Translations under genes and position numbers: made by a program
NCBI GenBank assembly: GCA_963734545.1
Contig: CAVTHO010000006.1
Location: 320,001 to 384,000, forward strand
Reading direction: 5' to 3'
DNA length: 64,000 nucleotides
From: an uncultured Spirochaetota bacterium
GTDB lineage: Bacteria; Spirochaetota; Spirochaetia; SZUA-6; Fen-1364
Part shown: positions 1 through 11,490 of the stretch, piece by piece
Numbering within the stretch: the first letter of the stretch is position 1
Layout of the letters: each line of letters begins with the position of its first letter
The notes under the pieces: generated by a model
Seen by the model: only the letters and a program-made list of their open reading frames with translations
Told to the model about the DNA's origin: nothing
The model's database searches: none

Positions 1-126
1 AGGCGGGGCATCTTGGCGCGGCGCAAGGACGCGCCGCGCGCCCCCCAAATCCCAAAAACGCGCTCCATACTATCCCTTCAAAGACGGTTGTCAATTGAAG
101 ACCCCGCACAAGAGCACTCCGATGGA

Positions 127-3100
127 TCACGCTATTATCGCGTCCAAGACAAACGACTCTATTCTGAGGCCCGAAGATTCGCTTGTGATCGCCTCCGCCT
201 GCCCCTCGAGGTAGGATCTAGCCTTTTGAAGCGTCTTCCACTTAGGGCGATAATCCGGCGGAATCCCTGGAACATCGAAGTATGCAACAACGAAAATGCC
301 GTGGGTCAACCCATTGTCGCGAAGGTAGCGGTCGACAAGCTGGTCACGCATCGCGGTCCTACAAGTGCTGTTGTAAGAGTTCTTCACTTCCACAACGACG
401 CTAAGCATCGTTTGACGAGGTTGCTGTAACGGGACCTGGACCAGTATGTCAGTCTCCTGGCCGGGCTTTCCCCCAAGTTTCCGTGCCACCAGCCGTCTGC
501 GCAACTGCGTTTCTCGTGTGGCCACCAAGAAGTAGTCTTCCCCCTTCTTGCTGATTACGTGAACCAAGTTGTCCGAAACGGCCTCTTCATTTTTTGGCGT
601 TGGAGATTGGCCGCGAGGAAGGTTCCAGAGATTCGATGAGAGCGGAGGCGGTCCGCGCAGGGAGCTCTGATACTCGTCCAACGCATCGACTACTAGGTCG
701 AGAACGTCATCGTTGGATCTTAGCAGCTTTGCGCCGCTATCACGCAAGACCCAGACGACTTCCCGAAGATCAATCGGTGACCAACTTTGCATTCGTTCGT
801 TGCGTTCAGCCTCAGAACGCGCAAAGCGGAGCCATGGATATTCACGACCGTACTTGCTTTCGATATAACGGACGGCGTCCACGGCATCCGGTGTTCCCTT
901 GCCAGCTAGGAGGGAGAGAAGCCTGCTACGTAAAAAGACCGCCGAGTCCGCGGGACCAACAAAGTGTGCGCCTTCGTGCTGCGGATCGTCTCTCGGGGGG
1001 TAGGCCTGAAATAGCAAATCTAGCAACGTGCCTTGCTGTGGATCGCTCATTAGCGACAACCACGCGGTCTCGGTCCCTGGAATATGCGCCAAGCTGGAGA
1101 GGGTGGCCTTACGCACTCCCGCGCGCCGGCTTAGTACGAAGAATACTTTCTCGCAGCTACCGGGCGGGGAGCGACTTTAGGAGAGCCACCGCCGCGCGCA
1201 CGGCGGCATCCGAGCTCGCTGAATTCCGGGAAGAGACCGGCTGAAGCAAAGGGGCATGGCGGTTTCTGGAGCTCTCCTAAGCGACTCATCCATGACAAGG
1301 CTTAGGTTGTCGCCTCTTACCGCCTTGGCATGGATTAGTCGGCATATCGTGCTATTGAGGCGCTCGTCACTGACCTCTCCAAGTGCCTCAAAAATCGAGC
1401 CAAGGACACTGAAGCCTGACGGATCGCACGCAACTACCTTGATCCGCCGCCAAATTGCCTCAGGTAGGATGTCGTACGCAAGTCGCATGAGGAGTCTCTT
1501 GGGCCCCATCGGTTCCTGATCCAGCCGGTATCTGGTTTCTCTAACCACATACCAAATCCATATTTTCCAGATTCTGTTGCTGAGTGACTTCAAGAATGAA
1601 AGATCAACCTCGGCCAGGAGAAAGAAAGCCTCCATGACGCCGTCCATCGGTATGGTAGAGTACTCCTCTTCCTCTACGCGAGATGCCAAGTCGGTACAGT
1701 CCGTGACCAGTCGCTTCGCGGCCTCAACGATCTCCGCCCGGTCCTCTGGGCCCGCTTCTGCCCAACCCTCTGTTCGCACAATGAAGCGCGCAAATCTTTC
1801 TCGCCCGCGTTCGTCCATTGCTATGGCCCGGCGAAAGCCCGGCAAACCAATGAGGATCGTATTGGCATCTGGAAAGATAGCTGGTGACCACTTCCCTCCT
1901 AACGGCGTGTGTTTCCCCTTGCTCCTTTTCTCCCTCTCGCATCAGCCTGAGAAAGCGGCGTCCTGTCTCAGCTTCCTTTGAATCCAGTCGAACCGCAAGC
2001 GGAGGGAAATGGGACACAACAATAGGCTCGGCTCTCGATTGGTAGAGCAGATCAAAGCAGGCGTCATAGTTCTGCCATGGCAGCCAAGCGGCCATCTTGG
2101 CGAAGCTATCGGCCGCCGGCGAGCGACCTGAAATCGCCTTCTGCAGAAGCCATCCGAAATCCTGAACGTCGGCCAGGGCCGGCACCGACCTCAGGCCCTG
2201 GAATAGCTCCATCTCAGATGGGGCAAGCTTGGCAATGCATTCCAGCATAGAGTGCCGAAGTTGAGTATCCCTTTCGAATCTTGAAGCTATGGTCGCAGTA
2301 TCGTTCGTGGTCAGGAGTTCCTTACTCTTTCTATGAAGGAAGAAGGGTGCTGCGCCAACGCTTCCCGCTCGGATCACCCGGCTTGATAACTCCATGCAGA
2401 TCTCGTCTTGATCGGCCAAATCGAGAGCTCGGTAGGCGATAAGGCCAGCGATTTCCGATAATGGATCATCATGATGACGTCTCTTCCCCACTGAAGAAGC
2501 CCATTTGAGCACTTCGAGGTCAATTTGAGGCAGGGGGACAGCGCCCTGCGTCATCATCCACAAGAAATACTTGTAGGGCCCCATGTAGTTGCTGGCCTTT
2601 GGCGGCGAAAGTACTTGCAGGAGCTCTGAATCGCTCATATTCCAAGGCCAATTCAGTTGAAGGGCGAGGCCCTTCAGGTCGTCTTGCACGTCTTCTGGGA
2701 GGCCAACAGATAGAGGTTTGAGAGCACCTTTGCTCGATTCATTCCCAATCTCAGAAATCGCGTGGCCGCATTGAACGCGTGTTGCCAAGGGCAGGCTTTG
2801 GTCCAATGCCATCCGAGCCAAGTCCATGGCAAGTCCGACGAAACCGTTGCTTTCTGCCACCTTAATGGCAAAGGAGTGAACGTCCGCTGTATTCCCTGCT
2901 CTCTCAGCCAGGACTCGCCTTATATCGTCCTCAACTCCGTCATAGAAAAATCCTGATGTAAGGGCTTGATCTTGATGAACCTGAGCCTCCGTAAGACGCC
3001 CTGCCTTGAACATCTCAATTGTGGCTCTGAATGCGACTTTTCGAATTTCGTAGCTAGCAACTTCGCTACGGCCGATGAGCTCCGGGTCAGAAGTCGATAG

Positions 3101-4213
3101 CCAACCGGCAAACTCTGGATTGAAGCTCGCCGCCCACGCAGCGATCTCTTGTAAGGGACCAGCAATTCCGGATGCGTGCCCGCCGTCTCTGCTTAGCATC
3201 GAGCGAACCTGAAAGAGCGGCATTGTTGAGATTTTCTTTCCGGCAAGGAACTCCGCAATCTGCCGGTGTATGAAGCGGGCCCATTGGAACCCGGCACTAG
3301 TGAAGAGACCAGTTTCGCGAAGCGTCCGTAGCCCGTCGGCGTCGAATCCCAAACCCTCGAGCACTGCGATGTCGATTGAGCTTCCCTCAATCGTGCCTGA
3401 CCGAGACAAGCCTATCGACTCAGCCCCGGACAACAGCATCGCCGCGGCTACCTCCCCTGCCAGCCGTACGCAAGCGTCGACATTCGTCACCCGTGCTGTT
3501 CTACGCTCGTGTCGATCGAATGGGTCTTCGCACAGACGCCTAACCGCTCTGTCGAACAACTCGATTCGGCTACTGATTACCAGCCTGCCGGCCTTCCGAA
3601 ACTCGTCGATCAACATCCGCAACGTCATGGGGCGAGTGGCTAGTGAGAGAAGCTTCATTTCTCGGACAGAACGGGCAAACTCCTCAGCCTCAACGCCCTC
3701 TGCTGCCGCCGCTGTCCTGATGTCGTCTATGTCAAGCGGAAGAAGTTCAGCGACATGGACTTCGTCATGACCGTACACCTCGGACAGCGCCCTGACGAGG
3801 AAGCTCGGCCACACAGTGGATCTGCACGCGATTCGCAACGATGGCTTCTGTCCAAGAAACTTAGGGACCCAGTTGGAAAGCACATTCCCAGCCAGCGGAA
3901 CAGGCACCATTGCCTCGTCAAGGGCATCAAGCGCGAGCACGCCTTTACCGTCGGTCTGGGCAGCCAGGCTCTCGATTTCGGCCCTGAGGCCCGCCGCGTC
4001 GCTTACCAGTTCTCCAAGGCTCTTGCTACTGACAAGGCGACCTTGTTCGCGCTCAACCGCCGCAAGAACAGACAGTTCGTGCGTCTTTCCTAGACCAGCT
4101 GCGCCGAGCACGCACACGACCTTGAGCTCGGCCAAGTCGCGGGTGCGGACTTCTCTCTCGGAACCTTTTTCACGAATCGACCAGCGCCGATCTAGCGGCC
4201 AGTTGCTGCTCAA
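127..4213 (-). CDS. Large STAND/NACHT-type P-loop NTPase with helical repeats and C-terminal PD-(D/E)xK-like nuclease domain (split by frameshifts near 1845 and 1120-1250)
   Basis: Walker A LGAAGLGKT, Walker B LALDALDE, ACR and LATRPMTL motifs, FIHRQIAEFLAG winged-helix motif. C-terminal ETDILVQ...VVVEVK. TTG at 4213 follows GGAGGGG. ORFs 1724-4282, 1177-1845 and 127-1116 are collinear. Confidence 0.7.
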
Positions 4214-4636
4214 GCTACCCCTCCAGCACTTCTCTATAGCACATCCCTTCCTCAGAGTATTACGCGCACACGTCCCGTTCAAGCGTCCATGCGATCGTGC
4301 CTTTCAAGGCTGAAGCGACTGAGCGCTTCAGCCTTGAGATAACATAAAGGATTTGGAATCCATCTTGATCCTGAGGGGCTGAAGTATGGTGACCACTCAC
4401 CGTCGTCCCGCCTGATCCAGCTCTCCGCCAACACAACCAAGAAATGCGCAACCTCTTTCCCCAACGTGATGAGGCAGCTGAAAGAGGGCAGCCAGCGTGA
4501 CAATCTTCTGGGTCACCAAGTGTGAAGTATGACGAGTTGGACCGCGGCGCGTCCGTGCGCCGCGCCAAGATGCCCCGCCTACCATGGACGGTAGGCGGGG
4601 ACCGAGGAGGCTGAAGGCGACCGCATGAGGGAGGGG

Positions 4637-4764
4637 ATGCAGCCGACAGGGCTTCTTTCCAGCAAAGCCGTTCTCTACGCCAGAGTCTCCTCCAAGGAAC
4701 AGGAGCGGGACGGCTACTCCATCCCGGCCCAGTGCAAGCTACTTCGCTCCTACGCACGCCGCCA
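4637..4764 (+). pseudogene. Serine recombinase (resolvase catalytic domain) N-terminal fragment
   Basis: AVLYARVSSKEQERDGYSIPAQCKLLRSYA contains the YARVS catalytic-Ser motif; similarity stops abruptly at the repeat. Confidence 0.8.
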
Positions 4765-4968
4765 CGACTCCGGGTGGCCGCTTCCGGGCATCGGTCGCGG
4801 GCCGACCGCGTGCCGACGCGCCCCAACGTCCTGTTGGGGCGCTCATCTGAAGAGGGCCAGAGACACGCGGCAGGGACGCCGCGCGTCTCTGGCCGGGGGG
4901 GGTCATCAAGAAAACAAGCATACTTGGGTGGCAATCCTGTTTCTCTTGCACGATGCCAGTTTGCTGTC
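4765..4968 (+). repeat. Left copy of ~200-bp hairpin-rich inverted repeat flanking the type I R-M operon
   Basis: Near-identical to the reverse complement of 13921-14124 (e.g. ggtcatcaagaaaacaagcatacttgggtg, ctgtttctcttgcacgatgccagttt); three GC stem-loops plus an imperfect dyad. Confidence 0.92.
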
Positions 4969-4985
4969 AAACTATGGCTGACTAA

Positions 4986-7900
4986 TTATATCGGATCATC
5001 TGCCTCGGCGGATTCCGTGCTCAACACCTCCACAAACTCGGCGATGACGGATAGCTCGCCTTCCTCGATGCCCTTAAGCACAATTGGCGTATATGCAGGG
5101 TTGATGGGTAGTAAGCGGATTATGCTATGTTGCCAGGTACCGTCAGCGGAGGCGACCTTCTCGCTCTCGTATCGCTTGACGGTGAACTCGGCGTCGGTAT
5201 CAGGGTCGCGGATGTCTCGGTGTTGGACGAGCACCATGCGCCCTTGCCGGGTACCTTCGACGGGTCCAGCGAAAAGACACCAGGCGCCGTCGGGGATCAA
5301 CGGTTCCATGGACTTGCCGACTACCTGTGCAACGAACATTCCAGGACGCAGACGGTGATTCGCCTCGACAGCTACCCACATCCGATCGTCGTCCTCAACA
5401 TTTTGCGGATTGCTGAATGCACCAGCAGCAGCCTTGAGAGGAACGAGCGGCACGCATGTCACGTAGCGGTCATTCGCATGAGGTTGCACGATTCGGAGTT
5501 TAGGCCTTACTTCTTCTGCGCCAGCTCCTGCTTTCATAGAAGCACTCTTTCCATATGCGTCGCTACGAAGCCTCTTATATGCCTCCGACGCCATCCAAGC
5601 TATAACGACCTTCTGGAAGGGCAGATCGTTCATGTACCGAACGAAGATCTCCTCGTTCTGGTCCATGCGCTCGACGAACAGGTTCTCAAGCAGACTCTTG
5701 AACACCAGCTCGAACTTGTCGCCCGGGTTCACCGCGGCGGCCTGCTTTAAACCGTCGTCCGCCATGGCAGCCTCGACGATCTGATCGAAGAAGAGCTGGT
5801 CTGCCTGGTTGAAGTCAGTGCCGAAGCGCTCGTTTACTATGTCAATGAGCTGGGACAAAGGAATGGGCTGCGGGCGAGCGATGCCGGTGCCCACCTCTGT
5901 AGGACCGTCAAGAGGCTGTGCGTCGCCATCACGCAGACTGATCGAACCCTCGCTGATTTTCTGAAGCCTGTAGTACTCCAAGCGTACATCATCATCGAAC
6001 TGGTAGCCGGGCTCGGTGTGTCGTCTCGGCAGCTTCGAGGCCAGATGTCGAAGGAATACGTAAAGCCGCTCGAGGTCGGAGTCTTGGTAAGGGATTACCT
6101 GGCTGAGGAACCCGTACAGGTTGCGAAACCCCTGAACGTTGCCTCGCCAGAGTTCCGCTTCCTCCTCGTGGTCGGCCTGGAGCGCCGCGAATCGGGAGAC
6201 CGCCGGGTCCAAAGCGGCGTTCATCGCCTGATGGTCGATGGCGCTCTGCTTCGGCTTCGGCTTGAAATAGACGGCACAGAACAGCTCCACCTCTTTGGCC
6301 AGGTAGACCCCCGAAGAATCGAGCTCGCCCTTGAGTTGGTACAGGCGTGCGGGATCCACTTCTTCGCCCATCTCTGCGCCCTCGAAGTAGGTCTTGAACG
6401 CCTCACGGATCTCCTCACGGTCGTTCACGAAGTCGAGAACGAAGGTTTCTTCCTTGAGCGGATGGATGCGGTTCAAGCGCGAGAGCGTCTGTACCGCCTG
6501 GATGCCCGCGAGCCGCTTGTCGACGTACATGGTGTGCAGCAGCGGCTGGTCAAACCCGGTCTGGTATTTCTCCGCGACGAGGAGGACCTGGTACTCCTGC
6601 GTCGCGAACTTCTCGGGGAGCTCCTTCTCTCCGATCCCCTGGTTCATGCCCACTTCGGTGAAGGATACGTTTACGAGCTTGTCGTCTTGAACGATGCCGG
6701 AGAACGCCACCAACGTCTTTATTGGATACCCTTTCTCCTGAATGTACCTATCGAAGCTTTGCTTGTAGCGCACCGCCTCCAGGCGGGAACTTGTCACCAC
6801 CATCGCCTTGGCTCGGCCACCGATCTTGTGACGCGTGAAGGTATTGAAATGCTCGACCATCACCTCGGTCTTCTGCGCGATGTTGTACGGATGGAGCTTC
6901 ATGAAGCGTGCCAGCGCCTTTGCCGCCTTCTTGCGCTCGACGTTCGGGTCGTCCTCGCACGCCTTGAGCAGCTTGAAGTAGATGGCGTAGGTCGTGTAGT
7001 GCTTCAATACGTCGAGGATGAACTCCTCCTCGATTGCCTGCCGCATTGTGTAGCGGTGCGTCGGCTGTCCGTTCCTTCCGAATACGGCCAACGTCTTGTG
7101 CTTGGGTGTGGCGGTGAAAGCGAAGAAACTCAGGTTCGCCTGCCTGCCCCGTTTGGCCATACTGCGAAAAAGCTCCTCCATGTTTTCGACGCCTTCCTCG
7201 ACAGCACGGCGTTGGGCTTCATCACGCAGCGCCTCGCCGCCGAGCACTTCCTTGAGATCGGCAGCGGTCTCTCCGCTCTGCGAGCTGTGTGCTTCGTCGA
7301 TAATCACGGCGCAACGCCGCGTTGGAAGAACGCCCGAGCCGGTCGTCCCTCGCTCCTCGGCCATCTTGAGAAGCTGCCGGGACACAAATGGGAACTTCTG
7401 CAGTGTGGTGATGATTACCGGCACGGCTCTCTCGAGGGCCTCTGCCAGTTGTCTTGATCGCTCGTCGATCTTCTGAACCACACCCCGCTTGTGTTCGAAC
7501 TGGTAGATCGTATCCTGAAGCTGCTGGTCGAGCACAACCCGATCGGTCACTACAATCACACTGTCGAAGACCCGCTTGTTCTCCGCGTCGTGAAGCGACG
7601 CCAGCCGGTGCGCAAGCCAGGCGATGGTATTACTCTTTCCGCTGCCTGCGGAATGTTCGATAAGGTAGTTGTGCCCAATGCCCTCGCGTCTGGCCGCGTC
7701 CACCAGCGTCCGTACTGCCTGCAGCTGGTGGTAGCGGGGGAAGATCATGGTCTCCTTCTTTACCTTACGGCCCTCGTCGTCGCGCTTCTCCTCGATCTGG
7801 ATATGCACGAACCGCGCCAGCAGGTCGAGCAAGCTGTCGCGCTGTAGGACTTCCTCCCAAAGATAGGCGGTGCGATAGCTGCGGCCTGTAGGGTCCGGCG

Positions 7901-8566
7901 GGTTCCCTGCACCACCGTCGCAACCCTTATTGAATGGGAGGAAGTGGGTCGCCGAACCGGCCAGCCGTGTCGTCATCAACACCGCTTCGGTGTCGACGGC
8001 GAAATGTATGAGGGTTCGACGCTTGAACTCGAAGATCGGCTCACGCGGGTCGCGGTCCTGCTTATACTGCCGACGTGCGTCCTCTACAGTCTGGCCCGTG
8101 AGCGGGTTTTTCAGTTCTAGGTAACGATGGGGATTCCGTTAAGACTTAACATGACGTCGAGAGATTTCTCCGACCTTGCCGAGTAGTGGAGCTGCCGAGT
8201 CAAGCCCAAGCGGTTGGCCGCATAGCGGGCTTCCAACTCCAGGTTCAGCTCGTGCGCGGCCTTGAAGAACGCGACATGAAGCGTCCGTCCATAGCACTTG
8301 AACCCGTGACGAAGGGTCGCGATCGATCCATTGGCGTCCATCCATTTGCACAGGTCGATGAGGATCTGCTCCCCCGTCTTCTCGCCGTGCAGCGCCTCCA
8401 GCTTAGCCCACTCCTTAGGCTGGGTCTCACGGATGAAGCCGAGCACCGCCTCAGGGAAGATTGCGCGGCCGCGATCGAAGCCGTAGCGGGCTACATGTAA
8501 ATAGCCGTTCTGGAGGAGGTGCGCCTCGATGACGGTCTCGAAGGCCGCTTCGTTCGTTCGGTTCAT
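4986..8566 (-). CDS. hsdR: Type I restriction endonuclease subunit R with C-terminal LexA/S24 peptidase-like domain (frameshift near 8119)
   Basis: EAAFE start, HSAGSGKS Walker A, IIDEAHSSQ, FTATP, QTGFDQP, QTLSRLNR. C-terminal PLKAAAGAF...VGKSMEP...TVKRY. Confidence 0.92.
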
Positions 8567-9057
8567 TGCTTGGGTCCCAGTACGAAGCGCGCCCGCTCAT
8601 GTCGGAGCATTTCGTATGGCGTCATGCACTTGATTCCAAGACCGATGCAGGCGTCGGGAATCTTGATCTTGCGCGTTGAAGCGGAAGGGACTTCGTGCGT
8701 CACGACTGTATGCTTGCCCGCATGAGCCTGTGCCACCAGGTAGTAGTCGGCCACCTGAAGAAACGTACTGACGGCGGAAGGTTCGTAGCTCTGACCGGTC
8801 GCCCAGGTGCTCACCGCGGCCAGAGAAGGGAACGACGCCGCGTCGGGCCGGAGGAAGAAACCGGCGCCCCGTGCGTCGGCCCATCCCGACAGTTCGTCCG
8901 CCACGGCCTGCACTTCGTCGCCGACCTTCTCGACGCTGAACACCGTGCCGGCCGCGTTGTTCTCGATGAGCCACTCCCAGAACGCCGGGCAGAAGTCGAG
9001 CCCGTAGTGCAGGTTCTTGGCACGGATGAACACGTCGGCATCAAGCAAGTAGGCCAT
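8563..9057 (-). CDS. DUF4411 family PIN-like protein
   Basis: [18 protein letters not shown]...FWEWL...VADYYLVAQA...VVTHE...KIKIPDAC; ATG at 9057 overlaps the upstream stop. Confidence 0.85.
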   Translation of the reverse strand: MAYLLDADVFIRAKNLHYGLDFCPAFWEWLIENNAAGTVFSVEKVGDEVQAVADELSGWADARGAGFFLRPDAASFPSLAAVSTWATGQSYEPSAVSTFLQVADYYLVAQAHAGKHTVVTHEVPSASTRKIKIPDACIGLGIKCMTPYEMLRHERARFVLGPKQ

Positions 9058-10204
9058 CAGAACCCCAACCCCAGGCTGTGTCCTAGATCGCGAAACGTCG
9101 CCATCTTCTTGAAGCCCAGCAGCCGGAAAGCCTCCGTAAAGGACGAGCTGCCTTCCAACGTGCTGACCACCAGAGCGCGGGCGAAACGTTTGCTCGCCCT
9201 TGCGCCGAGCGTCAGGTAGAAGTCGCCGCCGCTTCCCTTCGGAAGCTTGCGCAGCCGATCGAGCTCCGCATCGTATGCCGCCCAATAGGCGTCGCGCGTG
9301 AGCCCGCCCGCATCGTGGATGCGGCGCAGGATGACCAGCGTGCTCACCTTGAAGCGCCGCGCCAGTCGGTCCATCTCGGTGCGCAACTCGGCGCGGCGGT
9401 CGTACTCGGCGCGGAGAACCTCCAGCGGCACGAGCAGCTCGGCGGCGACCTGGTTGCACCAGCGCTCCACCTCATGGTCGGGCACCGAGGCGGCCTGCGC
9501 ATCGGAGAGGGCGGACTGGCCGAGCCAGATATGCACAAGCTCATGTGCCAGCGTGAACATCTGCGCCGCCTTGGTGTCTGCGCCGTTGATGAACACGAGC
9601 GGCGCGAGGTCATCGGCCAGCGCGAATCCGCGGAACTCCTGCGGATCGAGCTTGCGCCGGTTGTTGCTGCCCACGACACCGCTCACCATCACGAGCACGC
9701 CCAGCGCGTCCGCCTGCTCGATGAAGTGGCGCAGCGCGTCGGTCCAGGTCGGCATTCGGCGGCGCTCCTCGACGTCGAAGCCCAGCGCGTGGCGGATCGC
9801 GCGCCGCCGTGCGCACCACGTCGTCCGTCACCCGCACGGAGCCGACGAACGGCAAGCGGCGCCTCTCCCATGGACCGCGCGAAGTCCCGGTACCACTCCT
9901 GGCGCTGCTGGCAGAGGTACAGAGTGTCGAGCAGGTCGGGGCTCGGGCGATCGATGCGCTCGGTTGCGACCGTGCGGAAATCCGGAATCGGTACACGCTC
10001 GACCGGCGGCTCTGGAAGGAAGAGGTAGCCAACCGGCGTGTGCGTGGCCTTGGCGAAACCCTCGAGCTGCTTGAGCGTCGGTTGTTTTTCGCCACGCTCC
10101 CAGGCCGGAAGCTGCGGAATGCGGTGCGCCAGCGCACCGAGTCCAAGCCCCGCACGCTCGCACGCCCAGCGCAGCATCTCCGGCCTGACTTCGACATACA
10201 TCAT
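9057..10204 (-). CDS. XRE HTH - ImmA/IrrE (Peptidase M78/DUF955) metallopeptidase (frameshifted near 9790-9850)
   Basis: N-terminal HTH ([10 protein letters not shown]...[13 protein letters not shown]); FTLAHELVH HExxH motif; [12 protein letters not shown]. Confidence 0.88.
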
Positions 10205-11490
10205 GCCATAGCCTCTTGGACGTCAATCTGGCCTGTCACAGCCGCGCCGATGAGGGCGGCGCGGCGTTCCTTGAGTAGGGCGATTGTGCGTTCAGTTGCG
10301 GCTTGCAGCGCGTCAATCTCGGCTGTCTCCGCGCGGATATAGGCTACGATAGTGCGCTGTTCATCGAGGGGTGGTACCGGGAAGAAAACTTCGAAGAAGC
10401 CCTCGGGATAAAGGCGTAGCCGCGACGACCATACACCCTTTGAGTACCGGGTCACTTCCTGCGCGAAAATGGGGATGCGAACCAATGCATCTACGAACTG
10501 GGGATCAAGTCGAGGGCCGGGCTGGTACACATTGTAGGCGGGGCTGACTATGCCACTCACAGGCGACACGCCCATGGCACCCATCCAAGCCCAAAGTGTA
10601 TTGATAACGAGGTCGTTCGCGTGGCAGATCTTGTACCCTTCTGTTGTCTTTGCTTCGAACATGTTGACATCTTTTTCAGCCCGGGTAGTCACTCCCGTAA
10701 GATGTGAAACGGTTAGTAGCTCCTCCTCTCCGGTCTCCGAGCGTACATCGCGCTCCCGAAAAAGCCACTGCGATCTCTCGACCTCCCAGTGGGTGGGAAT
10801 CTCGTAGAGCCATGGGATGCCAGAATCTCTCAGTGGGGCGCTGGAGTCGAGGCCGCGGGTGACGGCCCGGGTGATGAGCGCCCGACGTTTCTCGGCCAAC
10901 AGCCTGAGTACCCGCTCCTTTTCCGCTACTAGCGCATCCAGATGCGCCGTCTCGCGGTCGAGGTAGAGCGCGACAGCTCTTTGAGTTGGTGGAGGAGGAA
11001 GCAGCACCGCTTGCTCTGCTACCTGCTCCGCGTTCAGCGAAGGCACAGCACCCGGATTGGCAACTTGGCCAAAGTCTACAAGCGCCAAGTTATGGAGCAT
11101 GAACCGTTGGTCAGCACGACTGCTATCGAGAATAAGACCCATCATATTGTTGTCGATGCATGAAGCTTGTCCAAGAAATCTGAACCGGTTCAGCAACAGA
11201 GCTGCACCAACCTTCGCAAACACGATTGTGCCAGCGGGAAAGACGAAGGCTCCGAGTTGCGTAGCGGTATCACGCGATACGGAATGTTCACTGTATATTA
11301 GGCAGCCGTCTATGTTGGCTTCCGCAAGGTGCTTCACTTTAAAGAAAGGCAGTTCTTCGCCCTTCGTTCCTTGCTCGATATCTGGAAAGCCCGCGCCGCC
11401 TTTCAATCGTCCGAGATATCTGAGGCGAATTCGTGGCCACCGCGTTGCTCCAGGCGATACTTGGTCTGTAATCGGGCCAAGTTCACTCAC
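10201..11490 (-). CDS. hsdS: Type I R-M specificity subunit S
   Basis: Two variable TRDs separated by conserved PPPPTQRAVALYLDRET...LITRAVTRGLD and PVPPLDEQRTIV...ALIGAAVTGQI helices. Confidence 0.92.
   Translation of the reverse strand: MSELGPITDQVSPGATRWPRIRLRYLGRLKGGAGFPDIEQGTKGEELPFFKVKHLAEANIDGCLIYSEHSVSRDTATQLGAFVFPAGTIVFAKVGAALLLNRFRFLGQASCIDNNMMGLILDSSRADQRFMLHNLALVDFGQVANPGAVPSLNAEQVAEQAVLLPPPPTQRAVALYLDRETAHLDALVAEKERVLRLLAEKRRALITRAVTRGLDSSAPLRDSGIPWLYEIPTHWEVERSQWLFRERDVRSETGEEELLTVSHLTGVTTRAEKDVNMFEAKTTEGYKICHANDLVINTLWAWMGAMGVSPVSGIVSPAYNVYQPGPRLDPQFVDALVRIPIFAQEVTRYSKGVWSSRLRLYPEGFFEVFFPVPPLDEQRTIVAYIRAETAEIDALQAATERTIALLKERRAALIGAAVTGQIDVQEAMA

Noticed and set aside
4260-4620. 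Short ORFs upstream of the STAND gene
   Set aside because: No recognisable motif or start signals; a gene call cannot be supported.
6018-7457. Long antisense or alternative-frame ORFs (e.g. 6018-7457, 21657-22826, 40292-41845, 43044-44471)
   Set aside because: Shadow ORFs expected at high GC over well-supported genes; no recognisable motifs.
10201-11490. hsdS shufflon (phase-variable specificity)
   Set aside because: Only one hsdS and no silent TRD copies; the inverted repeats lie outside the whole operon.
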